A stretch of 64,000 nucleotides of DNA from Cyanophora paradoxa CCMP329. Lineage: Eukaryota; Plantae; Glaucophyta. This document shows positions 23,412-36,899 of the stretch, piece by piece. The stretch covers positions 124,001 through 188,000 of the forward strand of contig QPMI01000117.1 of assembly GCA_004431415.1 (NCBI GenBank), given 5' to 3'. Numbering within the stretch: the first letter of the stretch is position 1; every line of letters begins with the position of its first letter. The position numbers were made by a program, and so were the translations under genes. Under the pieces are notes generated by a model. That model had not been told where the DNA came from. It was given only the letters and a program-made list of their open reading frames with translations, and did not search any database.

Positions 23412-24720
23412 TCCCTAGGGTGTGCCTCGTTCTTTTCAATTCCGCCCCGCCCTCCACTCCCTCATCCCCCTTTCCGGCGTTTCTGCCTTCTTCTTTACTC
23501 CTCCGATCCTGTGCTCTTCTCTCTTCTCTCCCGCCAGGGTGCAGTCAGTCTTCTTTTTTGATTTCGGAAGCTGCTGTCTATCTGGGTCGACGTCCGTCTT
23601 TAATTTCAATACATATACGTACTACGGTACGCGCTTTGTCGGGACAGCTATAGCATGCGCAAGCGCGTGGCCGCGCTGTGGCTCACGGCGACTAGCCTAT
23701 AGCTAGTATACGTAGTTGCAGCTATATAGCTAGCACGCGCCGCGCTGCGCATGCGGCTCACGGCGGCGCATACGGACGCGCTTAACTAGTGCTAGTGATC
23801 AGTGCTAGTGTGCAATGTGACGCAGCGCGTGCGCGCGCTGCGCCACGGCCGGGCGCCGCGCTGCCGCGACTTGCCGCAGTGCAATTGGCGAACGATCTGA
23901 CGAACGACACCGCAAATGCAGATCTAGAGCGCTAGCAGCCCGCGGCGCCGGCATAGGACATATGCATGGGGCTCCGCCCGCGACGAGTGCATCAATTCTG
24001 TACCCGCTTTTGGTACGCGTCTGTACCCGTCCACACTCGCCTGATGACGCGGTCATTGCTGCAATAGTCGCAGCAGAACGCCGGCCCTCTGACCGCTGCG
24101 GCGGCGTGTAGACAAGAGCCTCCACTGTTCAGAGCGCGACGAGCTCGGAGAGCTTCGTCTGTTCGGTGCCGTGCGAGCGCTCAGATCGGGGGTGGCGGCG
24201 AGCTCGGGCAATTCCGGGCCTCTCCAGCAGCGACTAAACGGCTTTACGTGCGATCCGTGAAGCGTAAAGCGCGCGGGGCGTCTTGTCCGTGTTCATCGTT
24301 AGTCGCCGGAGCCAGGCGAGTGCTCCTATTCGGGTCAGCGGTACGCTCCCGCGTGCTCCGGTCGTTGAAAACGTCCATAGATGCTTTTAAAGCGTTTTCG
24401 GAACGGCTGAACGCGTCGGACTGCTGACTCGGGGAGCAGGCGAACGCAAGGCGAGACGAACGCGCGCGTTCCAGCTCGAGGCGCAGCGAACTCCGGCGGA
24501 ATCGCCCTCAACGACTTGTACAGGCCTTCAACGTGTCGGCTGTAGGATCGGTCGTGCGCACGTGAACATTCGCAGCGGAGCCAGCTGCAGGCGACCGCTC
24601 GCTCCGCCGGATCCCTAGGCCTAGCTATAGGCCTACAGCTGCAGCCCCGAGCCCGCGGACCGGACTCGATTGCTTCCTCGACCGCGGCCTCGCACAGCTT
24701 CAGGTTCAGAGCTCGAGGCG

Positions 24721-27700
24721 ATGCCCCACAACTCGGCGATGCATATGCATCATGATCATTCGACCGGAGGCGGGGACGGGGACGCGTACGGCAGCAGGCC
24801 GCCGCCGTTTCAAGGTGCGCCTCGGATCCCCGCGGAATGCGCAGGGCTCGAGGTTGCGATCAATATCCTCAGAGAAGACTTTTGCTGATCATGACCGAGT
24901 TCGCTGCGCAGGGCAGATCGCAGACCACGACATCGCGCTGTTCTACCGCCCCGCCGGAAGTCCTGCCGAAGCTTGTCATGTCCGCGAGATCTGCAAACTC
25001 AGCGGCGCCGGCCCAGAGCCCGACCTGTATGGGCGCCTGCTCGACCACGCGTGCAACGTGACGGGCATCCCCGCCTGCGTGCGCCCTGCCGCGCGCGGCT
25101 GCTGCTGCTGCTGCTCGCTCGAGCTCACTGCAGCTGCCCGCGCAGGAGATGAGGCTCAAGGACGAGCGCTGGCGGCTCCTCAAGCCCGAGGACTTCGTCT
25201 GGCCGGCCGTGCTTCGCATACACAAAATCATCGTCGGTCGCGACGGTGCGCGATCCGTGGCACCTCGCTTCTGGTCGACGTTTCTGCAGCGAGCTCGAGC
25301 TGACGCGCGCACCCGAAAACCTGCAGGGGACAAGTTCAGGGAGCGCATTCAGGTGCATGCGCTTTCCCCGTCGCGCCAGCCAGCTGCGCATGCAGATGCA
25401 TACTCATAATCAGGACTCGTTTGAATTTCGCAGACGATCCCGTCGACGAAACTCTACCGCAACATGACAAAGGACCTCAACTTTGCATTCGCCCTCATGG
25501 AGCTCATCGACAACAGCGTCGAGGCGACCAAGGCTAACTTTGGGAAGGACCGCGGCATCGAAATCCGCATCAATCTCCGCCGTCGAGTCATCGAAATTGC
25601 CGACAACGGGTGGGGCATGAGCGAGGAGGAGATTCGCAAGTTCGGTGCGGGGAACGGCCTGTTTACACCAGATGTTCACAGCCCCGCGCTGGCATCAGCT
25701 GATGTTAGGACCGCAGCTAAATTGGGAGACAGCCAGCACATCACGAAGCACGTGTCGGCCGACGTGCATGGCCGTTTTAATTTTGCGCTCAGCACTGCGA
25801 ATTTGCATTCTTACTTAAGCTTGGCTCGCAGATTCGGGATAAAGATGAGCAGTATAAGTACTTCATGAACTCGGAGCTCTCACGCTACGGAGTTGGCGCA
25901 AAGGCCAGTTTTCCCCTGCCCGCCCGCGGCCGCGGTTGGCGCACAAATAACAAGTCTCACTGCCCAGCGCACACCTTGCAGAGCGCCATGTTCTATCTGG
26001 GGTCCGTGGTGCGGGTCAACAGCAAGGTTCAAGACAGCGATCGCATCAACCATGTCCAGATCAGCCTCGTGCGCCTCCGCCTCGAACTGCCCGGATCTTA
26101 TTGCGCGCGGCGCCAGCTGCAACCCGGATCTTATGGTGACGGGTGGCGTGCATGCGCAGCTGGAGATGGAGGGAACGCAGAAGCACGAAGCCAACTTCGA
26201 GTCGACGGAAAGCCTTCTCGATAACGAGAGGGCCGCGGGGAGCTTCACGCATATCGAGGTGCCAGCGGAATCTTCTCCAGCCACACGCTGTACATTCTAA
26301 GGTGGCCCACACATGCGCGTGCACAGATCCGTGATGTACCCACCGAGAGGCTGGAAGAGTACATCCAGAACAGGGAAGATGTCCACCGCTTCCTTGCCGA
26401 GGTCTACCACTTCTATCTTTACGGTACCCCAGCTTTGCAATCTGCATCTCCGGCTCCTTTACATTAAAAGACGACGGCCACGCCGGCAGGGGGCTTCAAG
26501 CGGGACCCGCGGCGGCCAGTGGAGGAGCTCGGCGAGGCTTTCACGCCGATCGACCTCAGCATTGATGAGGACGATGAGTCGGGCCGCAAGTCGCGGCGGT
26601 ATGACTTCGGGCCCCCGCGGCCGGCCCCCGAGGCCGCGGCTGAGCAGGACGAAAAGCCCTACGAGCTATGTCGGCTCGCCGAGAGCGCCCTAAGGAACGA
26701 GGTGCGGTCAGAATCTCTAGATCTGCGTGCTGGGTTCAGTTTTCACCACTCTTACAACCAAGGCTCCGCTGTCACAGGTTCGGCGGCTGCACGAAGCTTT
26801 CTTCCCGGCGAGGCCAGAGCTCGAGCCTGTGGCGGGGCCCTCCAGCCAAGCCGCGGCCGCCGACGATCGCGAGGAGAGGCAAATCAAGCAGGGCGACAAA
26901 GCGTGCGCGCTTCGAATTCCCGGAAAATGTAATCTGTGCGCATCGCGGCCGCGGGATGCTAACTTGCAGGGATCGTAGGCTGATTTGGGAGCGACCGATC
27001 GAGGTGCCCGTGAAAGACGAAGCGACGAAAGTGGAGCGCACCATCCCGGTCCAGCTCGCCGTGGCCTACTTCCCCGTGCAGCGCAACAAGGAGACGATGC
27101 CGCCGGATATGCCGCCGGGCCTCACCGTCGTGTGGCAGGGGCGCTGCATGCCGTCCCTCGCGCTCGGCGCCTCCAAGCAGTCGGCCGTGCGGCTCGCCTT
27201 CATGGATCGGCCCAAGTACTCGAAGGACGCTGCACTGCCGCCGGAGTGCTGGAAGCGCTTCAAGGGCTTCCTTTTCGTCTCGGGCGCCGTCGAGCCGACC
27301 TGCCACAAGACCCAGATGGCCATCACGGAGGCCTACACCGCCCTCTGCAACATGGACCCCAAGAGCCCCCTGTCCGTCCGCGGCCGCGGCCGTCGCCCCG
27401 TCGCCCCGCGCTTGGCTTGTCTGACTGGCTTGGCTTCGCTCGCAGGTTCAAGGAGCTCCACAAGGAGTTCCGCGACCGGATGAAGGCGTGGCACGCGCTC
27501 GACGACGAGGTCTCGGCGGCGAGGGAGGGGGCGCCCTTCACGCTGGACGACAGGACCGTCGTCCGCGAGGTCGAGTGGGTCGCCCTCGGCAAGAACAAGT
27601 GCGCATGCGCTCTCACATGCATAATTACCGATCCGTGTCTCATGATCACTTCGCGCGCCTGGCTTTTGCAGGTACAGGGCGCAGGACCAAGTTCGTAGCG

Positions 27701-30700
27701 AGTGCTGCGCCTCCACTGATATATACAACAGCCCCTGATCTTGGGCGCTCTGCTCTTGCAGGTCCGCGTGAAATTCAACGGCCAACTCCACGTCGGCACT
27801 GTCGTGCGCCATGCCGCGCGCTTCCCTATAGCCATATGCGTCTTATAGCTTAAATTTGAGCTTAACTTGTGCTTCTCACATGGACTCAAGCTCAAGTGCT
27901 TCGTTTACGATGACGAGTTCAGGCAGAAGAAGAACATCGTTGACGAGCCTTTCATTTACGTGCGCGTGCGATGACCGTTAACGTTCGCCCTTCGCTTTCG
28001 ATCCCTCACTGCACGTACGCGGGCCGCGCGCGCAGTTCCGCAAACTCGCCGTGGATGTGCGTTCAGAAAATTAAATTCGCTGCGGGCAGCTGCAGGATCT
28101 CTCCCACGTGATTCGATAAACTGACTCGACGAGCCGGGGTCGCAGAACAGCGGAATCAAGTGGGCGGTGCCGGTGACCTGCATCACGGGCACAGTGAAGG
28201 ACAAGGAGTGGAACGAACTGCGGAAAGCTCTCGAGCTGCAGCTTGCCAAGGGCGTTCGCTTCGTCGACCACGACGAATTCGTGCGTGATCTGCGCTGATT
28301 GCTTGGGCATTCATTGCATCTTCCAAATAAGATCTAGATGGATAGATAAGATCTAGACCCACTTCATTCGATGTAAATTTACAAAGCCGCTAATTTCTGC
28401 AACGATGTCGTAGATCGAGAAGAGAATGCCGAAGGAGATGAGCGGCGACGAGAGCCTCGTGTACGTCGCAGCGGAGGTATACAACTTCGAGGAGGATGCC
28501 GCGAAGCAGCGCGTGAAGGGCGCTGCGATCAACAAGGCCGTCCCCCACCTCTGGCTCGTCCTCTACCTTAGCAAGAAGGACGCGAACGTCGGGGTGGCGG
28601 CCTACAAAAAGCTCGTCAAAGCCGACGATGTGCGGCGCCCGCCCGCTCGTTCTGCCACCTTTCCTAACGGGACGGCGTCGTGGGGATATATCGATGCAGA
28701 GCATCAAGGCAATTCCAGAGGAGCTGAGAACGATGCGCGCGCCGTGGAAGAAGGACGGGAAGCCGGGCTCGAGCAAGGACGCGGACGAGTTCATCGCCAT
28801 GAAAGTTCTGAAGGTGCGCGCGCCGAGCTTTCTAGCCGCTGCTCCACTAGTGCTTTCCTGCCCGCAGGCTGCTGCACATGTCCGCCGACCGCGTCCGGCA
28901 GGTTTCCGCCAACAGCAACGATGCCGGGCGCAATCTTTTCTATCTAAAAGGCATCGAGTGCGCGCTCCCCCGCCGGACGCATACGGGTCGAAGGCGTTCC
29001 CGAATACTAATCCCCTTGCGCAGGCCGCGGCACCGGGGCCTCTGGAAGTTCCGCCTTGTGCCCGTCCGGCAGGCGGCGTCCGGCCAGCTCACCATCCTCT
29101 CCGTCCCGAAGGGGGTCCGCGCGCCCCGGCCCGCCCCGCCCCGCCCCGATCCCGTGCTCAGAAGCTGGAAGCGGAGACGCGGGACGTGGAGGTGAAGGCC
29201 GGCAACATCGTGCAGATCGACGCCGCGTTCGACCGCGAGACGGCCGGCGACGAGGAGAAGCCCGCGGTCGTGGTGGGCCAGAGCCTTCCAGACATCCACG
29301 TCTTCCCGCAGGACCGGGTGCGCCATATATTTTGTTATACGAAAACAATTAAACCGAAGGCTCTCGCCGGCTCTCCTGGGTTCACTGAACGACATATGCA
29401 TGCGCGCGCAGTGGGGCAACCTGCTGTCGGTGGCGCCGTCGCCGGAAATCGTCGACAAGATCGTCCTTTCGGCGTCCTCGCGGTCGGACTTTGAGGTGGT
29501 CCCGGGGTCGGTCGCCAGCTCGGCGATCTGCCTGGAAGGCTACGGCGCCGTCGTCCTCAAAGGGGCCCGCCTGCGGCCCAAGGGTGGCCGCGCCGCCACG
29601 CCCAAGTTCCCGGCCGACGTCAAGCTCAGCGTGCAGTTCGGGCCCGCCCGCAACGAGGACAGCGTCGAGCGGCTCGAAGTCCGGCTCAACGCGGGGCCCG
29701 CCTGCCGCCTCCAGCCGAAGGGCGCGTTGGCGGCTGCAGGATCCGGCCCTGGCCCCGCGCTCGTGCGGGGCTCGACCCTTGACGATTTCGCGTTGCGGGC
29801 ACTCGACAAGGACGGCAACCCGGCCGACGTGCAGGTCGTATCGGGGCCGGTGCGCATCAAGCTCGACGGCGATGGCATCACCATCGCTCCCGGCTGCACC
29901 TCCCGCCCCGTGCGCCGCCCCGCGCCCGGACCTCTAGGCCGCCCATGGCTGACGCGGCGGCAGGTACCGGCGAGCGGGCTGCTGGAGTACACGGGGAAGC
30001 TGCGGGTGACGGGCCCGTTCGGCGGGGCGGGCCGTGTGCGGGCGGCCATCGAGGGCGTTGAGGGCAGCGAGCTGGTCCTGCCCTTCACCATCGAGCCCCG
30101 CGCGCTCCGCGTTGCCCTCCCGGAGCCCCTCCCCGATGGATTCGCCCTTCTCCGCGCCCCGGTCGCCCCGCAGCCGCGCCCCGCGCCGGCCCCGCAAGCC
30201 CCCGCCGGACCCTCATCAAGCTCGAAGCGCCGCCGCTCGGACCGCGGCTCCTCCTCGGCCGCAGTAGCGTCTCCGGCCGCCCCGGCTCAGCTCGACGAGG
30301 ACTCGGACTCCGAGTCAGAGGCGGCGCCGGTGCCGGCGGACCTCGAGGAGGATCCGGAGCCGGTGCCGCCGGAGGTGCCGGCGGGGGCGTGGGTGCTGCG
30401 GGCGCGGGACGGCGCCGCCCTGCGCGGCGCCTTCGTCGAGGTCGTGGACCCTGCGGACTGGGGCGAGGTCGAGGCGGGCCTGAAGGGCGAGGCGGTGGAC
30501 CTCTCGTGGGACGCGGGGGCGGGGCCGCGGCTGCAGGCTGGGCGCGCGCGCCTGCCCGAGATCGTCCCATCGGCCCTCCCCGGGCCCGCGCACGGCGGGC
30601 CCCGCCTCGCCCACGTGACCTTCGCCGGCCTCTCCGCCACCCTCGCGTTCCTGATCCGCGCCGGTCCGCATTTAAACTTTCGCGGCGCCTTTTTGAGACT

Positions 30701-33700
30701 GCTGCTGACTCTTCCCGCAGAGCCGGCGGCGGCCCTGCGGCCGGCATCCGCGGCGCCGCTCGCCGTGCGCAACCGCGAGCCGGCGGCCTGCGCGCTGCGC
30801 CTCGAGGGCGCGAGTGGGGCGGCGATCCCCGCGGCGGCCTTTGCCGGGACAGCCCGCGTCACGGCCGAGCTCGTCGACTCGCTCTTCGCCCTCGACATCG
30901 CCCAGGGCGGCCTCGCCTGCGCCGCCGGGGCCGGGGCCGACGGCGCCCTCACCGTCTCGGGCTGGTCGGTCCGCGGCTCGGTGGGGGACGGCGCCGGCAC
31001 CGCCCTCCTGCGCCTCCGCGTGGAGCACTCGGAGCCGGCGCTGCCCGAGGCCGCCCGCACCATCGACGTGCCCCTCACCGTCGCCGCCGGCCCCGCCGCC
31101 CGCCTCGTCTGGCGCCCGCAGGAGGAGGGGGCCGCGGGGGCCGGCGCCGGCCCGCGCGGGCCCCTGCGCCTCCTCAACGGGGCCTGCCTCCCGCCCATCG
31201 TCGTCCGCGCCGAGGACGCTGACGGCGGCCTCGCCGCTTCCCACGCCGGTGCGCCCCGCCCCGCTTGCTCCTCGCCCTCGCTTTCCTCTTACGCCTTGCA
31301 ATTGGGCAGGCCTCGGGTCGGTCACGCTGGCGCCGGGCGCGGAGCTAGCGCACGCGGGCGCCCCGCAGCAGCTGCGGGTGCCGTTCAACGGCGGCCGCGC
31401 CCTCTTCACGAACCTCCGCTTCACCGCCGTCCGCCCCGCCCCGCCCCGTCTGGCCCCGCTTTGTCCGCTGCGAGGCTGACCGCGATGCGCCCCGTGCGGC
31501 ATGGCCACAGGCGGCCGAGCACCGCGGCGAGGGGCGCATCCACGAGCTGCGCTTCACGCACGCCCCCGCCCCCCGCAGCGCCGTCAGGCGCCGCGTCGCG
31601 CCGGCGCCCGCCCCCGTCCCCCTTCCCGTGCGACCTCTCCGCGGCCCCGGTCGAGCTGTTTTCGCGGCTGACTGCGGCCGTGCACGTGAGCAGGAACTGG
31701 AGCCGGTGCGGGTGGTGGTCATGCCGAATCCCGAGCGGCCCGCCGCCCTCCGCCTCCTCCAGGCCGGCGCGCCGGTCCCGATTCCCCTTGAAATTCGCGC
31801 CGTCGCCGGCGCCAAACTCGACCTCTCCGTGCGCCGCGCCATCGTCGGGATCGATCGCAATCGTCGGGATCGATCGCGGTCGCAGGTGGAGGTGCTGGGG
31901 GAGACGGGCGAGCCGACGCGGCTCCCCGCCGGCGCCCAGGCCCTCCTCCGCATCCGCGCCGCCTCCGGCAGCGAGGCGCGCTTCGAGGGGCTCGAGCGGG
32001 CGGAGGAGGCCCGCGGCCCGGCCTACGCCTTCGAGGAGGGGGCGGCCCCAATAGCGGCCGGCGAGCACGTCCTCTTCGTCTCCGTGGAGCCGTCGACGTC
32101 GCCTCTGTGGGGCCACGGGGCGCCCCTCGAGGCCCGGCTGCTCGTCGAGGCCGGCCCGCCCCGCGCCCTGGAGGCCATGGCCGCCCTCCCCGGCGGCGCC
32201 AGGAGCGTCTCGACGGGCACGGGCCAGACCCTCCCGCCCGTCACCGTCCGCCTCGTCGACGCCGGCGGCAACGTCGTCCGCCGCCCCGCCGGCGCCGCCC
32301 CTCTCGCCGTCTCGTGCCGGATCGAAGCTGGTGCGGCCTCGGCCCATATGCATCCCCGTTCATTCTCCTGCCTGACGATGCTGTGCGGCAGAGTCGGGCG
32401 AGCGGGTGCCTGAGCTGGCAGCGGCGCCGCGGGAGTTGACTGCGGAGGGCAGCGCCGAGTTCACGGGTCTCCTCATCGGCGAGGGGGTCGGCCCAGCAAT
32501 CCCGCCCGCCCCCCGCCTCTGCCGCCCCCTCCGATCGCCCCTGTCTGCAGACCTCCGGCGCCTACGCGCTGCTCTTCGAGCTGCAGGGCGGCCCCGACGT
32601 GACCCCTGCCCGACTCCCGTTCACATTCCTCTCCGGTCTGCGGCCCGGCCCGCGCCCCTCCGCCTTCTGCGCCGCTGACGGACTGGTCGTGGGTGCGCAG
32701 CGGCGGAGGAGCGGGCGGAGGCGGAGCGGCGGCGCGCGCTGCAGGAGGAGCTGGTGCAGCTCAACGAGATCATCGAGAACCAGGAGCGGTGCGTGCGGTC
32801 CGATTGCAATTGCCAGCCCTTCTCCGCTCGGCTCAGCCCTTCTTTTCTCGTGCGCAGGGCCGTCCGAGCGGCGCGGGACCAGCTGACGGCGGCCGGCCAG
32901 AGCGAGGCGGCGGCGGAGGCGGCGGTGCGGAACCTGGAGATGGGCCTGGGGAACGTGAGCCCGCAGGACGTGCCGGGCCTCGTCGCCGGCATCCAGCAGC
33001 GCCTGCACGAGCTGCGGGCGACGCCCGAGGGCGCCGTCCGCGGGGCCGCCCACTTCCGCCGCCCCAACGACCCCTCCCGCCACGACATCGACGTGCGTTC
33101 CCGTTCGGGTCCTAGCTTAAGCTTTCCAGTCTAGCCTCCTTAAGCTTCGATCGAGCCATGCCAGGAGTCCTTTCCAGTCTAGCCTCGAGCTCCTCTCGCC
33201 CCCGTCTCTCCTCTTCGATCGAGCTAAACTCAAAGCGCGGTGGCGGCAGCGCTTCCTGGCGGCGGAGCGGCAGAGCCACTTCCCGGGGTTCCTGGGCCTC
33301 GTCTGCCACCTCGCCCGCGTCGAGGACGACCGCGTCGCCGGTGCGCGCCTCGCACCTCGCGCCTCGCACCTCGCACCTCGCACCTCGCACCTCGCACCTC
33401 GCACCTCGCTTTCGTCCCGACGCTGATCGCAATCCCCCGCGCAGAGGCGCTGGCGTGCTTCATTGGGAGGCGCGCCCAGGCCGCCGTGCGCCCCGCGCAG
33501 CCTGGCAGCATGCCGCAATATTTAGTCGCGCCTCACCGTCTGCTTTTTCACGCAGGTCTTCGAGTACTACGACAACGTGCGGCGCATCCGGGATCAGAAC
33601 TCGTGCGCCCCCCGGTTGCCTCTTTCTCAAGGTCGCTGCCGAGTGGCGTCGACCCACTTATCTACGCCATGGCGCCCTACTCTGCAGGTACCCGAGGCTG

Positions 33701-34652
33701 CCCCTCATCCCCATCCTCTCCTTCACGGATGACGCCTTCTGGCGCGGCCGCGTCGAGGACGCTCCCCAGCGCCGCCTCCTCCTCCCCGACCCGGTGCCCT
33801 TTGAGTTTAGTCTACGACCCCAGCTGCGTCCGGTTTATATTAATTTGATGTGCGGGCGCAGCCGTCTGGGGCACGGTACCTCGTGAACGAGCTCGTGCTG
33901 GACGAGCGCTCGGCCGCGGCCGACCTGCGCCGCACGCTCTGGTTCTACCTCTGCCGCGACACCCTCCTAGTCGACGACCCGCAGCAGCGCGAGTGCGCGC
34001 GCCCCTCCGCTTCTGCTCAGAATCTTCTTCTCTGATTAATATTATACATCTCGTGTGCAGCTTCATCATCAACACGGTTTGGCATGGGAAGATCCGGAGC
34101 ACGGTATGCCGACCCTGATTTGAACTTCGATTTTGCTCACGCTCGGATCTTCCTTGCTCACTCCCGGACTCCCAGATCATTGTGCTGCCGAAGCGGGACG
34201 GGCGGGGTGCGGTGGACGTCCGGACCTACAGCGTGACGAAGCGGAACGAGGTCATGTGGGGCGACCAGGCGCAGGAGGAGCCCCGCGCCGCCTTCGCCTC
34301 CACGCGCTCGCTGCAGCAGGAGATCGCGGACGCGGAGGGGCGCCTGGCCCTCGCGCAGGGCCTGCAGGCCCGCCGCGAGGACCTCGTCCAGAGGGCGGCG
34401 GCGGCGCGCGGCCTCCGCGCCGCCCTCGACGAGAAAAGCCGCGCGCTGGAGGCCCTCAAGGGGCAGCGGGATGGCCTGCACGCGAAGCTCAAGGCGGGGA
34501 TCCGGAGCCGTGGCCCCGCGGCCGAAGTCCGGGACCCACGGCGGTCCTCCGCCGATGCCGCGAGCAAGCGTGGCAGGCCGGAGGGCCCGCCTGCCGACGC
34601 CGACGTCGACGGCATGCCCGGGCCCAGCAATGGCAAGAAGTCCCGCCACTGA
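24721..34652 (+). CDS. SMCHD1: SMCHD1-like protein: UBL-like + GHKL ATPase + transducer + Ig-like linker + coiled-coil + SMC hinge (>25 introns)
   Basis: RERIQTIP..FALMELIDNSVEAT..IADNGWGMS..NSELSRYGVGAK|SAMFYLG..LAEVYHFYLYG parallels human SMCHD1 (FALAELIDNS, IDNGRGMT, NSDISYFGVGGKQAVFFVG, LAHIYHYYIHG). Repeated linker motifs (LRALDKDGN, VRAEDADGG, VRLVDAGGN). Hinge GFLGLVCHLARVEDD..GARYLVNELVL..LRRTLWFYLCRDTLLVDD. Confidence 0.9.
33345..33410 (+). repeat. (GCACCTC)n heptamer microsatellite in a SMCHD1 intron
   Basis: About 8-9 copies of gcacctc/gcgcctc. Confidence 0.9.
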
Positions 34653-36899
34653 GGGTTCGGTTTCCCCGTTTTTCAGTTGAAGGTCCCCGTTTCCAGTTGA
34701 GCAATTTTAGCCTGCAAGTTACGATTATTGCATTCGGGTAGCAGCAGTCGCGCGCTGCAGCTTCTGTAAGTAAAGCCAGCTGCAGCGCGAGCCTCGTGTG
34801 CCATAGCTTATTTATTTGATGTGCGACAGAAGTCGACGTCGACTAATATATCGGTTTACTTTGTCGAACAGATGCGGCATGTTGCACGTTGATTTATTTA
34901 TGTTATCGTATAGACGTGTGTGCACATGAATGTGGTTCGATTATGCGCCGTTGATTTTTTTATACGTGTCACGGACATTATAATTATCGGTAGAATTTCA
35001 CAGGCGCAGATCGTCGAATTCGAACCAGGCCACTTCTAGCACTAGTTTTGCGGCCTTTCGAATTTTGCGGAAGCCTGTTGAAATCTTGACGATGTCGCTA
35101 GCTCTAGCTAGATGCAAATGCATATCTACATACACACATCGAGATCAACGCGTTCTCGTAGTTTTTCGCAGTCGCGATCGCTAGCTCTTGCGGGCTAGCG
35201 GACGACGTACTTCTCGCGGCAGAGGTCGCGGGCGCGCCCCACCGCCGCCCCGCCCGGCACGAGCACCTCCCGGAACGCCCCCGCCGCCTCCCCGAAGGCC
35301 TCCGCCACCTGCGCCAGGCTAGTGAATTTATTTCAAGGCCAAAATATTTGATATCGCTATATATATATATATTAAAGGAATGAGCTCGAGGCTGGGAAGA
35401 AAGTTAAGAATGCGGGCCTGGGCGAGGACATCGCGGATAGAGAGTGATCGCAGCTCCTCGTCCGTCAGGTGGAGTTCCTGCGAAATTAAAGCTTTCAGCT
35501 GCAGAATCGAGTCTCTGCAAAATTAAACGAGAATGGGATTTCGCGCGCCCGCCCGTCGGAGCTAGAGGCGCCCGTGCGGCCGTCCGCACGGTAGAAGCTG
35601 ATGACGCGCGCCCTCTCCGGCGTCACGAGCGCCCAGGAGCCGGCGTTGCCGCTCGCGGGGCCGGTGCTGGGGGCGGCGCCGAAACCGAAGCCTTGGGGCA
35701 CGTGCGACGGAGCTTGGCTGCACCCGCCGGAGCCTGCAGCTGCAGAGGACCCTAGGCCTAGATCAGAATTCGCGCATCGACTTCAGACTTGAATAAGTTT
35801 CGCGCGCACATTTGGGCTCCCGATCTAGCGGCAAAGCTGGAGGCGGCGCCGAAGCCGCAGCCGCAGCCGCAGCTGAAGCTGCCGGCGCCGGGCCCGAACT
35901 CGAAGACGATGGCGTGAACGCATGCGCAGGGTTGGCGCTGGCACGCGGCCGCCGCCGCTGCGGAGTCGGAGCCTGCGCATGCGCAGTTTAGAATTAACAG
36001 AACATAAACGACAGAAGGCTTAAGCACTTTAGTAAAAATCATTGGGGAAGGGAAAATCACTTCCCCTGTCCCTCTCCTTAGGGCCCAACCCTACCCCAAA
36101 TCCTGTTTCCCCGACCTCCTCAAAACCCGGGCCGCGCGGTATATCCTGAAAGCACATCCCAAGGGGACCCCGAAACCATGTCGCCCGGTCCCGTCCGACC
36201 AAAGGGTGATCCAGGAACGGGCACCAACTCCCGGGACAAAAACGGGTCCAGCGACGCATAGGGAGCAGATATACGAGCCAAACCAGTTCGAGGTCGTTGC
36301 ACGCATCATGAACAACATTCCGTACAGCGGGAGCAAGGCCGGATGCGAGCGCGGTTGCGTGGGAGGACGCCGCGCGCCCTAGCCAATCACATTGGAGAGT
36401 CAGTTAACTTACCCTGAGGAAAGTCTTTTCGCGGACCCCCCGGCCGCTTTCTCCTCCCGCCCTGGCCAGCGCTTTCTCCTAAGCTTCCCGACAGCCCGGC
36501 CGGCCGCGGCGCTCTCTGTCACGCGCGCCTCTCGCGCGCGCGGCAGTCTGCTGTAGCTAGCCGCGCCATGAACGCCACAGCCGCTCCAACCGCACGCACC
36601 CCGGTCGCAAGCCGGCCACAAGCCGGTCGCACTAGCTTGCGCCGTGGGGTCGCATCAGGTTTGCCCGCGGCGCGCCAGCTGCGCAGGAGCCCGAGGCCAT
36701 GTCCGCGCCGCGCAATGCCCGGGCCCGCGCGCGGCCGCGCGCCGGGCGCCCGGCCGGCGCGGCAGTACGAGCTCGCGCGCGACGGCCGCGGGGCAATTGC
36801 AAGCGCATGCGCAGGTTGCGAACGTCTAGATCTGGCCATGGCCAGCAGCGCGCCTCGAGCTCCGATCGCGATCCGATCGATCCGATCATGCGCACTCGC

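Noticed and set aside
35040-35325. CACTA element (cactag...ctagtg)
   Set aside because: The inverted match is only 6 bp with no matching TSD, and such words are abundant in this palindrome-rich DNA.
36400-36430. U1 snRNA-like aacttaccctg
   Set aside because: It differs from ATACTTACCTG, and no U1 stem-loops or Sm site were recognisable.
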